The notes under the pieces are model-generated. The model made no database searches and was not told where the DNA came from. It saw only the letters and a program-made list of their open reading frames with translations. From a virus, in the UHGV virus genome UHGV-0382128: DNA of 64,000 bases. One strand, given 5' to 3'. The position numbers were made by a program, and so were the translations under genes. This document shows positions 53,418-63,278 of the stretch, one piece after another. How positions within the stretch are numbered: position 1 is the stretch's first letter; each line of letters starts with the position of its first letter.

Positions 53418-53978
53418 TCATGTAGCCGGGTTTTCTTCAGCGGAGTCTCCATCTGGAACCTCAAATGTAAGAACAGCATCGTCACCAATACAGAAGATTG
53501 CATCTTCTTCGTTTGCTAATGCCCGTTCAGTTGTATCAAATAACGTCACCATAAACGCATTCATCCACGCAGGAGAATCGTCAGCAACGTTGACAGCAAT
53601 AGGATCGTTACCTAAAGTGATATCTGAAGCACGTAAATCCTCGGGTTGTAAGTTCGTTCCGCAGAATTCATTTACAACACCTAAAATGTCGCGTACGTTG
53701 TCTTCGGTACCATCTAACGAAATCAAAATAGGTTCGGACGCTAACACTTTGTCCGCATCCAAACGGTCGTAATAAACAACTACAGAAGCACCATCAGGTT
53801 TCCTGATTTTTGTAATCTCTGTCAGTGTGTTACGACGCGAAGTGGTCGGGGATGGGTTTGCCGTAGTGTTGCTAATACGGATTTCGCTTAGAGACAACCG
53901 TGAACCGTTATCGTGGTTGATTAAAGCGACCACTAGTTCGGCTGAGGACAAACTTAAATCAGGTACGTAAGCAGTCAC
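53418..53978 (-). CDS. small beta-rich protein, paralog family member (GTG start at 53978 with GGGAGG RBS)
   Basis: MTAYVPDLSLSSAELVVALINHDNG parallels MEKFTPDLSLTSLNMVISLVNHDLQ of 46811..47323. Confidence 0.5.
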   Translation of the reverse strand: MTAYVPDLSLSSAELVVALINHDNGSRLSLSEIRISNTTANPSPTTSRRNTLTEITKIRKPDGASVVVYYDRLDADKVLASEPILISLDGTEDNVRDILGVVNEFCGTNLQPEDLRASDITLGNDPIAVNVADDSPAWMNAFMVTLFDTTERALANEEDAIFCIGDDAVLTFEVPDGDSAEENPAT

Positions 53979-53992
53979 TAAAACCTCCCAGA

Positions 53993-54040
53993 TCAAAAAA
54001 AATAAAAACACCTACCGCCCCATAGAATCGGGCGGTAGGC
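53993..54040 (-). terminator. rho-independent terminator
   Basis: CCTACCGCCC-loop-GGGCGGTAGG 10-bp stem followed by T-rich run on the minus strand. Confidence 0.65.
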
Positions 54041-54065
54041 GGTCATTTTACAGCTAAATATCAAA

Positions 54066-54476
54066 TCAGACCGTTAGTTCTCCACATAACTCAACGTCGA
54101 TACCGAACGTCATTCCCACTTCTTGAAGTTTGTTCGCCAGTAGGTGACGATGACAAAACTTACCTGCGGGACAATAGCACATCAAAACCAAATCTTCGTG
54201 TCTAAGCAACGAGACCAACGTTTCGGCATCGGCATCTAACAGTCGTTCGAGTTTGTACAAATACTTTATCGTGTATTCACGCTCAGCGGCAGCGTCTTGG
54301 GCAGAATTTTTATACGCCATTAGGAAATCCCAGTCGGGGGCGAGTTCCTTTCGCCCTGACTTCACAGTGATATCCACTGCGTGAAATCCTTTCTGCTTAG
54401 CTAATCGCCACTTAGCGAGTTGTAGCGTCCAGATTCGCATTAGGAACGAGTCTGCGATTCGGCCATCAGTGCACAA
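54066..54476 (-). CDS. hypothetical protein with C-terminal Cys/His motif (DUF4326-like)
   Basis: LVLMCYCPAGKFCHRHLLANKL resembles the C.C....CH signature recalled for DUF4326; start uncertain. Confidence 0.35.
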   Translation of the reverse strand: MCTDGRIADSFLMRIWTLQLAKWRLAKQKGFHAVDITVKSGRKELAPDWDFLMAYKNSAQDAAAEREYTIKYLYKLERLLDADAETLVSLLRHEDLVLMCYCPAGKFCHRHLLANKLQEVGMTFGIDVELCGELTV

Positions 54477-54637
54477 CTTTTTACAGCCTGTGCATGAAGC
54501 TCTGTACCTGGTGTGTAATCCTTTATACAGTCCTGATACAGTTCGCGCTTTGTTTCTAAAACACGATTATCGTACTCAGCACTTGCTAGTGCTCCTGCGA
54601 TAAGGATAAAAACTAGAATCGGTAACCAAATTTTCAT
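54440..54637 (-). CDS. small membrane or secreted protein
   Basis: MKIWLPILVFILIAGALASA hydrophobic N-terminus; paralogous to 54634..54846 (ELY.DC ... C motif). Confidence 0.45.
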   Translation of the reverse strand: MKIWLPILVFILIAGALASAEYDNRVLETKRELYQDCIKDYTPGTELHAQAVKSCALMAESQTRS

Positions 54638-54846
54638 CCTCCACCTCTCATTCGTTTAGCGTAATCCGTACACGCCATTACCAATTCAGCGTAGCGTGGA
54701 TTATCTACCGTAGTACCTGCCATACATTCACGATAAAGAGATTCTTTACGTGATTCGTCGGAAGTCTTAACGTAGAACATCAACATTGTTACAATCAGCG
54801 CAGTTGAAACAATTGCCGAGATGATATATCCGTCATTTATTTTCAT
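54634..54846 (-). CDS. small membrane protein, paralog of 54440..54637
   Basis: Transmembrane-like IISAIVSTALIVTMLMFYV; ATGA overlap with downstream gene. Confidence 0.45.
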   Translation of the reverse strand: MKINDGYIISAIVSTALIVTMLMFYVKTSDESRKESLYRECMAGTTVDNPRYAELVMACTDYAKRMRGGG

Positions 54847-55363
54847 CTATAAAACACCATGGTTCTGGATAAAACTCTGTAAGTAAATCAACGTAAAAAC
54901 TATGTAAATTTGTTAGCCTTATAACACGCCCTAACAAATCATTCTCAGTACGGTGATAAATCACTACAGAAGTTTCTGATACCCGTTTAACATGTATATG
55001 GCCCACGTCTTTAATGCATCGATAGAATCGTCCGAAATCAACTGTACCGACCGCATCAGATGAATCCGCAACCGAGAACTGTATGCGTGGGGTTTCATTG
55101 CCCGCCATCGATAAAAATTTCTCTGCGGTTATTGCATAAACCTGCCCTGAAAAAGATAGGTGGGGAATTACCTGTTTACGTAAAGCACTACTTGAAATCT
55201 TAGCAAAGACCTGAGTTTCCTTTAGGCGCATTATTTCGCCCAATCTCTTCAAGTCTTTGTTATAGTTCAGAAAAGCAACCACCTTTTCATCGTGCGTAAT
55301 AGGCGGCCATTCGACCGCCTTTGCCCGACGTTGCTTAAACCAACTCGCAAGTCGCGCTATCAC
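54833..55363 (-). CDS. hypothetical protein
   Basis: ORF 176 aa. Confidence 0.45.
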   Translation of the reverse strand: MIARLASWFKQRRAKAVEWPPITHDEKVVAFLNYNKDLKRLGEIMRLKETQVFAKISSSALRKQVIPHLSFSGQVYAITAEKFLSMAGNETPRIQFSVADSSDAVGTVDFGRFYRCIKDVGHIHVKRVSETSVVIYHRTENDLLGRVIRLTNLHSFYVDLLTEFYPEPWCFIDENK

Positions 55364-55365
55364 GT

Positions 55366-56058
55366 TTAGTAATCCTCTTCCTGATTGACTACCGATTGGA
55401 TACGCGTTGCGACTTCGCTAGTGTCCAGGTCAGTTTCGTCGACCTTATCCACAAGTTTCTGTACTTTACGTACATGGGATTCGGTAACATCAAAACGACC
55501 ACGATCGGCTAACAGCAACGTTACCATATCCTTACGTGTAACCATCAGTTCTTCTTCAGGTAAGTGTAGGGATTTGTCTAACAGCCCAGAATGCATGAAG
55601 TTTTCCAGTAAGCGTTCTTCTCCCTGGTCAAAATCATAACGTTCATTAGGTGCAGCAACAAAAGCATAACCGAAGTAGTTTTCTTCTGTCTCACGTAGCG
55701 ATTTAATGATTTTGTCACCGTGTTGGCAGAAATCACTTAACGTGTAGTCGTCAAGTGTTGCCACGATGGTTTCTGCCTGTACACCATTATCCGTTTCGTA
55801 GAGATGCGCAACCCAAAGTTTCCAGTTACGCGGTTCGTCAAACAAACCACCGATTAACATATCAGTCGCCGCCATGCGCATACGCGGTGACGTTGTAAAC
55901 TGGAAACCACGGCCCGCGTACGGACCGATAGGACGAATAGAGCTACCGACGAAGGTAATGCGGTTTAACGCATTTTCAGCAATGGTATGCGCGGTACGGT
56001 TAGCAGCCGCTTTCGGGTTATACTTTTTGTTACGAGGTTTCTTTTGTTTAGTAGCCAT
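55366..56058 (-). CDS. hypothetical protein with basic N-terminus
   Basis: ORF 230 aa; MATKQKKPRNKKYNPKAAANR. Confidence 0.45.
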   Translation of the reverse strand: MATKQKKPRNKKYNPKAAANRTAHTIAENALNRITFVGSSIRPIGPYAGRGFQFTTSPRMRMAATDMLIGGLFDEPRNWKLWVAHLYETDNGVQAETIVATLDDYTLSDFCQHGDKIIKSLRETEENYFGYAFVAAPNERYDFDQGEERLLENFMHSGLLDKSLHLPEEELMVTRKDMVTLLLADRGRFDVTESHVRKVQKLVDKVDETDLDTSEVATRIQSVVNQEEDY

Positions 56059-56540
56059 TATTTATTCTCAACTAATACTGTGCGAAATGCTTTATAAAGA
56101 GCCTGTCGTGCCTCAATTAATACTGGACGATTAATCAAGCACATGTATCCGATTTTCCAAGACCAGTAAGACGTGTCGTCGGTGTTTAGCCCGTAATCAG
56201 GTTCAAGATATACCAAATCCGTGTATGCATCTGGTATATAAAGACGACACAAACTAAGATTCCAAAAATTAGGTAAATCCGACTTTGCAAGTTCGGACAT
56301 AACCTGCATTGGAAGCTGGCTTCCGATACCATCTGTTGCAAAAACAATATGCAAGTTTCCTGGCGATTTAGAATACATACCGTGCCCTTCACAACTCCAC
56401 ATTGTCGCCAGATGCGGATGGTCGTTGACTAGTTTACAGGTTTCACGAACACCTTTTTCAATATAGCCGTTTTTAACTGCAAACTGAGCACGGTCTTTAA
56501 ATGACGCCAATCTTTCTGCGTCAACAGAAAATTGAATCAT
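56058..56540 (-). CDS. hypothetical protein
   Basis: ORF 160 aa. Confidence 0.45.
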   Translation of the reverse strand: MIQFSVDAERLASFKDRAQFAVKNGYIEKGVRETCKLVNDHPHLATMWSCEGHGMYSKSPGNLHIVFATDGIGSQLPMQVMSELAKSDLPNFWNLSLCRLYIPDAYTDLVYLEPDYGLNTDDTSYWSWKIGYMCLINRPVLIEARQALYKAFRTVLVENK

Positions 56541-57001
56541 ATCGGATTCTTCCCTAAAATTATCTCGCGCATTTCCAGGTAGGTGTCAAACGGCACCACA
56601 GTGTCTTTATAACGTAGCGTTACGTAGGTTACGAAGTGTTGTGGTGCCAGGAAAGCACGTTTTGGCGACCCGTCGTGGTTGTAATACTGTTTCGGACGAT
56701 AGTTGTTGAAAATGTCTTCCCGTGGGAATAATGATTTCTGAATAACCACTTCCCAACGGTGTGGCGTTTCCAAGAGTCCAATACGGATCAGCATAGCATC
56801 TACCCACCGGCTCATGTTTTCGGTTAATACGAAACTGACGTGGTGGTGCTGTACCTCTGCTAACGCGACTTCGGGTTCTTTATCCAGTCGCATTAATACC
56901 GCAAACAGAGGACGATAGTCAGAATCGTACAGGTCACGGAAAGCGGTTTTCTCACGCTGCTTAAACAACTCAACAATTTCTTTAGATTCAAAACATTTCA
57001 T
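56537..57001 (-). CDS. hypothetical protein
   Basis: ORF 154 aa. Confidence 0.45.
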   Translation of the reverse strand: MKCFESKEIVELFKQREKTAFRDLYDSDYRPLFAVLMRLDKEPEVALAEVQHHHVSFVLTENMSRWVDAMLIRIGLLETPHRWEVVIQKSLFPREDIFNNYRPKQYYNHDGSPKRAFLAPQHFVTYVTLRYKDTVVPFDTYLEMREIILGKNPI

Positions 57002-57046
57002 TTTCTTTTCTCCTAATCATTAGAATAGCCGCAGTTGTAAAAAAGA

Positions 57047-57568
57047 CTAAGGATTAAAAGGTAGCGGCTTGCAACCCCGCTTTTTCAACTCCTCTACTAG
57101 CTCAGGTAATGTACACCAACGTTTAAATTTGTTGTTGGCTTTAAAGTGACTAAGAATTTCCTCTACACGTTCAATCGACCACTTCCCTTTACCCACGTTA
57201 TCTAAATCTTTACGTAGCGAGAGCGTCTCAATGGTAAACGCTAATTCAGAACTGTCCGAGTGCTCGTACAGCAGTCTTACCGGTGTGGCTTGATGTAGCG
57301 TAACGCGCCAACCTGACTCCTTAGTCCAGTAGACATCTTTAATTCGGCCACTGGCGTCAATTACGGAACTGATATAAGTCCAATCGGTATCCAATTTGTT
57401 CTTTTCGGCGGTTAATGCATCTTCTAATCGTAAAGAGTTAGGGGACGGAATCCACCAACCGTACTTACCGTAATAATCGTCTATTACAGTAATACCTTCG
57501 TAATACAAATATTGTGTTTTTGTGTTAACAAATAATTCATCGCCAATTAAAACCGCATTTATCTTCAT
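57047..57568 (-). CDS. hypothetical protein
   Basis: ORF 173 aa. Confidence 0.45.
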   Translation of the reverse strand: MKINAVLIGDELFVNTKTQYLYYEGITVIDDYYGKYGWWIPSPNSLRLEDALTAEKNKLDTDWTYISSVIDASGRIKDVYWTKESGWRVTLHQATPVRLLYEHSDSSELAFTIETLSLRKDLDNVGKGKWSIERVEEILSHFKANNKFKRWCTLPELVEELKKRGCKPLPFNP

Positions 57569-58056
57569 CGTAAACCCTTCCTGTAAAACAAGTCGTAAGT
57601 GGTCGAGCTAGACGGATCAATAGAACCTACCAATGGCATAATTTTCTTTTCTGATATTCCAGTTGCCCAAGCAGCCCGCGCAAATCCCCCACCAGAACCC
57701 GTTGCCCAAACCGCATTTTTATTTATTACAAACGTTTTAAACTTATCTGCCGCCAATGTCAGCCAATGTGTTTCTCTAGCCGTAAAAATGACGATTTGAT
57801 CGAATATTCGCTCTTTTTCGAAAAGATCTGCAAGCAAGGGCTCAACTTTCTGACGTTTATCCTCGTCTAAATATTCTTCTATAGCAGCGGTAATCGATAT
57901 TTTCCAAAATTCGGTGTCCAGTACACGTTCTCCCGTGTAGAAAACAAACTTGTTTTTGTGTTTGTGCAGTTTGGGCAATTCTTTAACCGTGCCGCCATAA
58001 TCCACAAGTCGGTCAGCTAAAATGTAATCCTTTGTTACTAATACCGTTGTCATCAC
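57565..58056 (-). CDS. hypothetical protein
   Basis: ORF 163 aa; contains ATGSGGGFARAAW glycine-rich segment. Confidence 0.45.
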   Translation of the reverse strand: MMTTVLVTKDYILADRLVDYGGTVKELPKLHKHKNKFVFYTGERVLDTEFWKISITAAIEEYLDEDKRQKVEPLLADLFEKERIFDQIVIFTARETHWLTLAADKFKTFVINKNAVWATGSGGGFARAAWATGISEKKIMPLVGSIDPSSSTTYDLFYRKGLR

Positions 58057-58063
58057 ACACCTC

Positions 58064-58104
58064 GAAGAAAAATAAAAAGTACCCTCTCTCCGTTAGGAGA
58101 GAGG
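58064..58104 (-). terminator. rho-independent terminator
   Basis: CCCTCTCTCC-GTTA-GGAGAGAGGG hairpin followed by T-rich run on the minus strand. Confidence 0.65.
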
Positions 58105-58112
58105 GGCACTGC

Positions 58113-58382
58113 TTAAATCTTACGACTGCTACCGTAGCATCCACGACCAGCTGTCGTCTTCGCAGCACTGACGGGTGCTAACGCAACCATCGTACCATCG
58201 GCCTTAACAATGTGTAAGTTACCTGCACGAGTCAGACCTTTAAAGGTAATCTTCACACCCTTGCGTAAACTCTTCACATCGAAACCGTCGAGTTTGAGTG
58301 TTTTGATTTTCTCAGGTTTACCTTCTTCGTAATAAGAAAGTACATTACCTGCACGTTTTTCAACAATATAGATCTTAGCCAT
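58113..58382 (-). CDS. hypothetical small basic protein
   Basis: ORF 89 aa; preceded by divergent promoter-motif copy 6 and leader hairpin. Confidence 0.45.
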   Translation of the reverse strand: MAKIYIVEKRAGNVLSYYEEGKPEKIKTLKLDGFDVKSLRKGVKITFKGLTRAGNLHIVKADGTMVALAPVSAAKTTAGRGCYGSSRKI

Positions 58383-58405
58383 TTTAGATTACTCCATTTA
58401 GTTAA

Positions 58406-58440
58406 GTGAGAATTCTCACATAGATGAAATATATCTTAAA
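58406..58440 (-). promoter_or_regulatory. divergent copy of the promoter-like motif plus leader hairpin (GTGAGAATTCTCAC), copy 6
   Basis: AAGATATATTTCATCTATGTGAGAATTCTCAC; weaker match to the consensus. Confidence 0.35.
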
Positions 58441-58455
58441 TTTTTTAGACAGCCA

Positions 58456-58764
58456 TTAACATAGCGCAATATTAACAGACTTACCAGGCAGCGGGAAATG
58501 CTGAAGTTCTATCGATAGAAGTTTCCTGTCAATAGTCAGTATTTCATCAACGTTGGGTGTAAGGCGGAACACAGTGCGCGGTAACGTGAAAGGCACGTTC
58601 GTTGAGCAGTTTTTTAACAGTAACTGATCATGAGGATAGTCAATTTCTACCACCCTCCCAATTACCCAACGTTCGTGAACCTCACCACCTAGCGGTGCAG
58701 TTAGTGTCCGTTGCAAGCGCTGTAAATTCGTTTCGTCGGTATTAGTGTGGTTTTGGTTCGACAT
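58456..58764 (-). CDS. hypothetical protein (start adjusted to internal ATG)
   Basis: Track ORF 58456..58875 overlaps 58742..59059 extensively; internal start reduces the overlap to 23 nt. Confidence 0.35.
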   Translation of the reverse strand: MSNQNHTNTDETNLQRLQRTLTAPLGGEVHERWVIGRVVEIDYPHDQLLLKNCSTNVPFTLPRTVFRLTPNVDEILTIDRKLLSIELQHFPLPGKSVNIALC

Positions 58765-59059
58765 AGATTTCCCCAAACACGTATGCGGTTCCGGCTTCAT
58801 TTGTCGGTTTAGCAACACACCATTTCCATTCTTTAGTTTCAGGGATTTGCCAGGATAACAAAAGAGAACCCTCACAGATTTCAGAGGTATCGACCTCAGG
58901 GTGGAACAACATGAATTCGTTTTCGTTGTCGTCTACTACGACGAATTGACCTTCTTCTACCCTTTCGAACTTAGCAACACCTACTACAGTTGCTGGTTCC
59001 CCAACGGTAAATACCATTTCTTGTTTTGGTAAATCACGGTGAATCGCACTTAACCACAT
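58742..59059 (-). CDS. hypothetical protein
   Basis: ORF 105 aa. Confidence 0.4.
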   Translation of the reverse strand: MWLSAIHRDLPKQEMVFTVGEPATVVGVAKFERVEEGQFVVVDDNENEFMLFHPEVDTSEICEGSLLLSWQIPETKEWKWCVAKPTNEAGTAYVFGEIYVEPKPH

Positions 59060-59156
59060 TTAAGCTGTTCCTCAATTAATTTGTTTACGTGTGCATAATT
59101 AGACGCGGAAGCGTAAAAATAAATTCTCCCTCCCTCCAAACGGAGAGAGGGGAAGT

Positions 59157-59663
59157 TTACAGTACGTTTTCTTCGCGATCGTCTACTAACACAGAAGTAA
59201 TCACATAACGCGCTAAGCGATTACGTGCTTCTTCCGTTTCTTCTTCAGAAGGTAGCTGTTCGCCCGCAGGCGCACACAACGTTAGCCCAGACTCACGAAG
59301 CTGTTCGGCATAGTCTTCTACGGCTGTGTCGAACGTACCACGAATACCTGCTACCGCATCCATAATTTCGTCGTTCGGAATAATGGATTCTTTTAGCACA
59401 GCGTGGGCATCTGTAGGCTCCACCATTTGCAGGTTCTGTTCTACCAGCAATGCCTGTTTCGCTAAGCTGTCTGTGATAAAGCAAGACAGAATCTTTTCGA
59501 AATCGTCTAACGAGAATTCTGTGTCTTCAGATGCCCCGGTAATCAATTGCCCGTAGCGATTAAAGAATTCTTTACAACGTGTTTCGTAGTCAGCTTCTAA
59601 GTCGCGAACACCGAGATCAAAATCGTGCTGCTCCAGCTGATTAAAATCCAGAGTCTCTTTCAT
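59157..59663 (-). CDS. hypothetical acidic protein
   Basis: ORF 168 aa, Glu/Asp-rich. Confidence 0.45.
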   Translation of the reverse strand: MKETLDFNQLEQHDFDLGVRDLEADYETRCKEFFNRYGQLITGASEDTEFSLDDFEKILSCFITDSLAKQALLVEQNLQMVEPTDAHAVLKESIIPNDEIMDAVAGIRGTFDTAVEDYAEQLRESGLTLCAPAGEQLPSEEETEEARNRLARYVITSVLVDDREENVL

Positions 59664-59701
59664 CTCTAAGTCTCCAGTTAAGAGGTCATATTACCTGCTG
59701 G

Positions 59702-59929
59702 CTAGAGTACCAACGTTAACCCGGTATGGGTTTGTGCTGAACCAACACCATCACGCGCTTTTGCTTTGGCGATAAGTTTGTCAATCACACGTTGATGACT
59801 GCGAGTAATATCTTTACCTGGATAACCGATAATCAGCACGTTCTCAGCATTAATAACCGCCGAGAACTCGTTATCACCTGCAACATAAGCAATCTTTTTG
59901 TCTTTGGTTACAATACGTTTGATTTCCAT
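59702..59929 (-). CDS. hypothetical small protein
   Basis: ORF 75 aa. Confidence 0.4.
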   Translation of the reverse strand: MEIKRIVTKDKKIAYVAGDNEFSAVINAENVLIIGYPGKDITRSHQRVIDKLIAKAKARDGVGSAQTHTGLTLVL

Positions 59930-59938
59930 TCAATGTCC

Positions 59939-60712
59939 TTAAAAGATAAAATGACCAGTTAATGCTTCTGCTTCAACACCAGGCATCGATGGAGGTGCTG
60001 AATATGGAAAAGTAAGACGCACGGTTGCGTCCTTTAAATACGCAATACGGTAGTACGTGGTCAAGAGCGCATTCCCGTAAGTACAATCGTTATAGAAGAA
60101 ACCTTCGGTGGCAAACGTCTTTTCGTTGATTTTCGAATAGACTAAGATACCTTCAACTTTACCATCTTTACGGCAGCACAAACCTTCTGCTGCACCAATC
60201 GCTAACAATTCCAGGCAGCGCGTATCCAAGCTGACATTAACCACCTTAGTGATCGTAAACGTTTCTTCTAACGTTAGAGATTCAATATCATCTACATCAG
60301 GCAAATCGGTGCGAACTTCAGGTTTTTCAGTAAACGTCAGCTCATAATCGATGAACGACGGCTGCATACGCAAGAACGCCATTAACTGATCGCGACGTTT
60401 TAGGTCATTGGCAGGGTATGTGACATCAAACACCTCTACATTTAACAAACGTTTGAGTTGTGCGAAATTAATTTTCTTCTTCGCAAACACAACGATTGCC
60501 GACATGTAGAAAATCTTACCATCGGCGCGACCGGAGAAGACACATTGCAGCTGATTCGTGTTCGAAAGAATGATAAAGGTCGGATCTTCAGATTCGCGAA
60601 TGATGTCTTTTTCTATCAACCCTTTTCGTAGACGGGTTAGCGAAACTATTCTACCACCCACACCAATTGCTAAATGGTCATTACGATAATCGTCAATATC
60701 CACTATACGCAT
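59939..60712 (-). CDS. hypothetical protein
   Basis: ORF 257 aa; start overlaps the Dam stop (TAATG). Confidence 0.5.
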   Translation of the reverse strand: MRIVDIDDYRNDHLAIGVGGRIVSLTRLRKGLIEKDIIRESEDPTFIILSNTNQLQCVFSGRADGKIFYMSAIVVFAKKKINFAQLKRLLNVEVFDVTYPANDLKRRDQLMAFLRMQPSFIDYELTFTEKPEVRTDLPDVDDIESLTLEETFTITKVVNVSLDTRCLELLAIGAAEGLCCRKDGKVEGILVYSKINEKTFATEGFFYNDCTYGNALLTTYYRIAYLKDATVRLTFPYSAPPSMPGVEAEALTGHFIF

Positions 60713-61527
60713 TAGAGCACTCCCAGTAATTCAGTCACCGTTTTCCGAGTAGCGCCAGACGCACCCATATAGCGACCAACCTCAATACTGCGCCACTCAA
60801 AACCGTAATAAATTTCTCGGGTGAGTAGGGTGTCTGCATTTGACAACACGACACTGTTGCCACGTTCCACCTGTTGCTGTAGTAACTTGGCCAATTCACG
60901 ATGATCCGTTTGTGAGAATTCTTTACGGTGGTATTGCGCATGTTTCGCAGTATCCGATAACGGAATATACGGAGGATCAGCATAAATCACAGCATCCTCA
61001 GGTGTCCGTGCTAATACAGAACGAAAGTCCTCACAAACAATTTCCAGATAATCAACTTCCGCACAACGTTTAGCCCAGTCACGAATTTCTTCTAATGGAT
61101 AATAAACCCCATTCGGGTAACGTCCAAACGGAACATTGAACCCACCGCTACTGTTATAGCGACACATACCGTTATAACCGTGACGCATTAAGTATAAAAA
61201 CATCGCAGCACGCTCAACTTCTGACATCGATTTACCGCTATTAAACAGCTCACGACGCTCCATATACTTTACAGTAGTATTACCGTCTAAGAACAACGGC
61301 TGCGACGCAGCGATCAGTTCTTCAGGCTGTTCACGCGCAACACAAAGTAAGCGTATCAAATCAGGGTTAGAATCCGATAAAATATACCGGCTGTAATTCG
61401 TATTTAGGAAAACAGACCCTGCACCCACAAACGGTTCTACAAAGGTTGTACGTTTAGGCAAGACCTTTTGTAATTCCCCTAAAACACGTGTTTTCCCACC
61501 CATCCACTTAATAATTGGTTTCCGCAT
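60712..61527 (-). CDS. dam: DNA adenine methyltransferase (Dam family, GATC-type N6-adenine MTase)
   Basis: KWMGGK, VEPFVGAGSVFLNTNYSRYILSDSNPDLI and DPPY motifs closely match E. coli Dam as recalled. Confidence 0.85.
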   Translation of the reverse strand: MRKPIIKWMGGKTRVLGELQKVLPKRTTFVEPFVGAGSVFLNTNYSRYILSDSNPDLIRLLCVAREQPEELIAASQPLFLDGNTTVKYMERRELFNSGKSMSEVERAAMFLYLMRHGYNGMCRYNSSGGFNVPFGRYPNGVYYPLEEIRDWAKRCAEVDYLEIVCEDFRSVLARTPEDAVIYADPPYIPLSDTAKHAQYHRKEFSQTDHRELAKLLQQQVERGNSVVLSNADTLLTREIYYGFEWRSIEVGRYMGASGATRKTVTELLGVL

Positions 61528-62506
61528 TATATCCGCCTTGTAACGATGATACTTCGTCGCCTAACACCAGCTCGACACGATTTTTCCGACGCTCCCAACT
61601 GACGACGTCATCGTCGCGCACTAAAACAAATTCGTACTCGTAGGACCGAAATTTAAATAATTCGACGACCAGGTGTCTAAATGCAGGGTTGTTATTGAAA
61701 CACCCTATCTCCAATGGTGCCGCTGTTGTCGATGCAATCTGCAGAGCACGGTATAACAAAGTCCGTCCGATACCACGCCCCCGATGTGTTTCACTTACCG
61801 CAATGGCTTTTAATTCACACTCGTTAAGATTACGCAATTTAACTTGCACCACGCCCACAACATCGTTGCCGTCCATCCAAACGTAGGTGTGGTGGTTGAC
61901 GTGACGTACTAACTCCACCAACGTTTCGACTTGTGGCATGATTTGTCGTGAGCGGCCCACAGGGTCAGCGTTGATGTTTTCAACTACGCTCGCGCCTAAA
62001 AGCAACATAAGCTGTTCTCGTTGTGCAGCGGTTAACTCTTTATAAAAATCACCAGAGATGTTCTTCACGTTCGTTGGTAGAGCGATATCCAATAACGAGC
62101 GTGTACCTAAACGGTATGTGGTGTGGGTGTGTCTAAATCCTAAGTCATTAAGCTCAGAGATTTCTTCTACACCACTGGCGATTCGATTAAGATACGTAAA
62201 ACCGGTGTAGTCGAGTACCAGTAGTAGGTTCAGTTTGTTCAAACAACCTGGTACAATTTCATGCATATACAAGCAGTGTAACGTTGGATCGCCGTAAATG
62301 TGTTTTGTGATGATAAACCCTTGAATTGTTTTTCCTTTTTGTAAAGAGAACGTATTCAGTTCACTATTGCACAACGCCTCACGAATCACCGCACCGTTAG
62401 GGCCCGATAAACAAGCCTGAAGTTGAGGGTTGCGAATATCTCTACGTGCTAACCGACCTACTGTTAAATCCGTGGCGGTACGTTCTATAGTCTTCCTAAA
62501 AGCCAT
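61508..62506 (-). CDS. two-domain protein with C-terminal GNAT-type acetyltransferase motif
   Basis: ELKAIAVSETHRGRGIGRTLL matches the GNAT acetyl-CoA-binding motif; N-terminal about 200 aa unknown; overlaps Dam by 20 nt. Confidence 0.55.
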   Translation of the reverse strand: MAFRKTIERTATDLTVGRLARRDIRNPQLQACLSGPNGAVIREALCNSELNTFSLQKGKTIQGFIITKHIYGDPTLHCLYMHEIVPGCLNKLNLLLVLDYTGFTYLNRIASGVEEISELNDLGFRHTHTTYRLGTRSLLDIALPTNVKNISGDFYKELTAAQREQLMLLLGASVVENINADPVGRSRQIMPQVETLVELVRHVNHHTYVWMDGNDVVGVVQVKLRNLNECELKAIAVSETHRGRGIGRTLLYRALQIASTTAAPLEIGCFNNNPAFRHLVVELFKFRSYEYEFVLVRDDDVVSWERRKNRVELVLGDEVSSLQGGYNAETNY

Positions 62507-62600
62507 GTTAATTACTCCTTAAAAGGTCGTCTCAAAACAATACGCTAAAGCTGTAAAAACAAAAAAGAAAGGGGAACCGAAGTTCCCCAATTATTGAACA

Positions 62601-63257
62601 TCATGCAAAAGGGGCGGAGCTTGTGAAAGCAAGATTGGGTGTCATGCCAGCTTTCCCTAATTTTTCATACAGGTAATTGAAAAATCTGAGATGGACCTCG
62701 TAGTGGCCAGTCGCTACTCGCTGGCCGTAAACTTCTACCAAGTCAGGCGAAAACTTAATATGGCAGTTTTGTCTAGAGAACAAAGGTTGTTGCACCCCAC
62801 CCTTAATTAAGATGCGATACTTTTTACCATCGTCTGTTACGGCGTGAAGAATATTTGTATTGAAATGGAAATAGATAGAAGGGTTAAAACTCAACCAGTC
62901 GGCAGCATTGACTAGTAGGTCAGCTAACTTAACACCGATTTTGTCAAGTTCAGGCCCTTCAAACTTATGCATTAACCGCAGGAGAATTTCAGTAATAACC
63001 GTACCTGTAAGTAACTTGTCTCTATTAAGGCCAGGCGCAACCGCCAAAATGTCGCCATTATAAGTGCAGACAAGTGTGAATAAGTTGAAAGGCTGGTCTT
63101 GATAAAAATCGAAAACCAGGTCAGTATACGGATTAAAAGTTAAGAATTTCACCCCAATTATTTCATTAACGCAGGGTAAAAGTTCAACCTTCGCAGCCGG
63201 TTGAACTTCGTTGGCTTTAGTCTCGTTCTTTACAGTTTCTTTAGTTTTCGGTGCCAT
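62601..63257 (-). CDS. hypothetical protein
   Basis: ORF 218 aa. Confidence 0.5.
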   Translation of the reverse strand: MAPKTKETVKNETKANEVQPAAKVELLPCVNEIIGVKFLTFNPYTDLVFDFYQDQPFNLFTLVCTYNGDILAVAPGLNRDKLLTGTVITEILLRLMHKFEGPELDKIGVKLADLLVNAADWLSFNPSIYFHFNTNILHAVTDDGKKYRILIKGGVQQPLFSRQNCHIKFSPDLVEVYGQRVATGHYEVHLRFFNYLYEKLGKAGMTPNLAFTSSAPFA

Positions 63258-63278
63258 GATATTACTCCTTCAGGTTGA

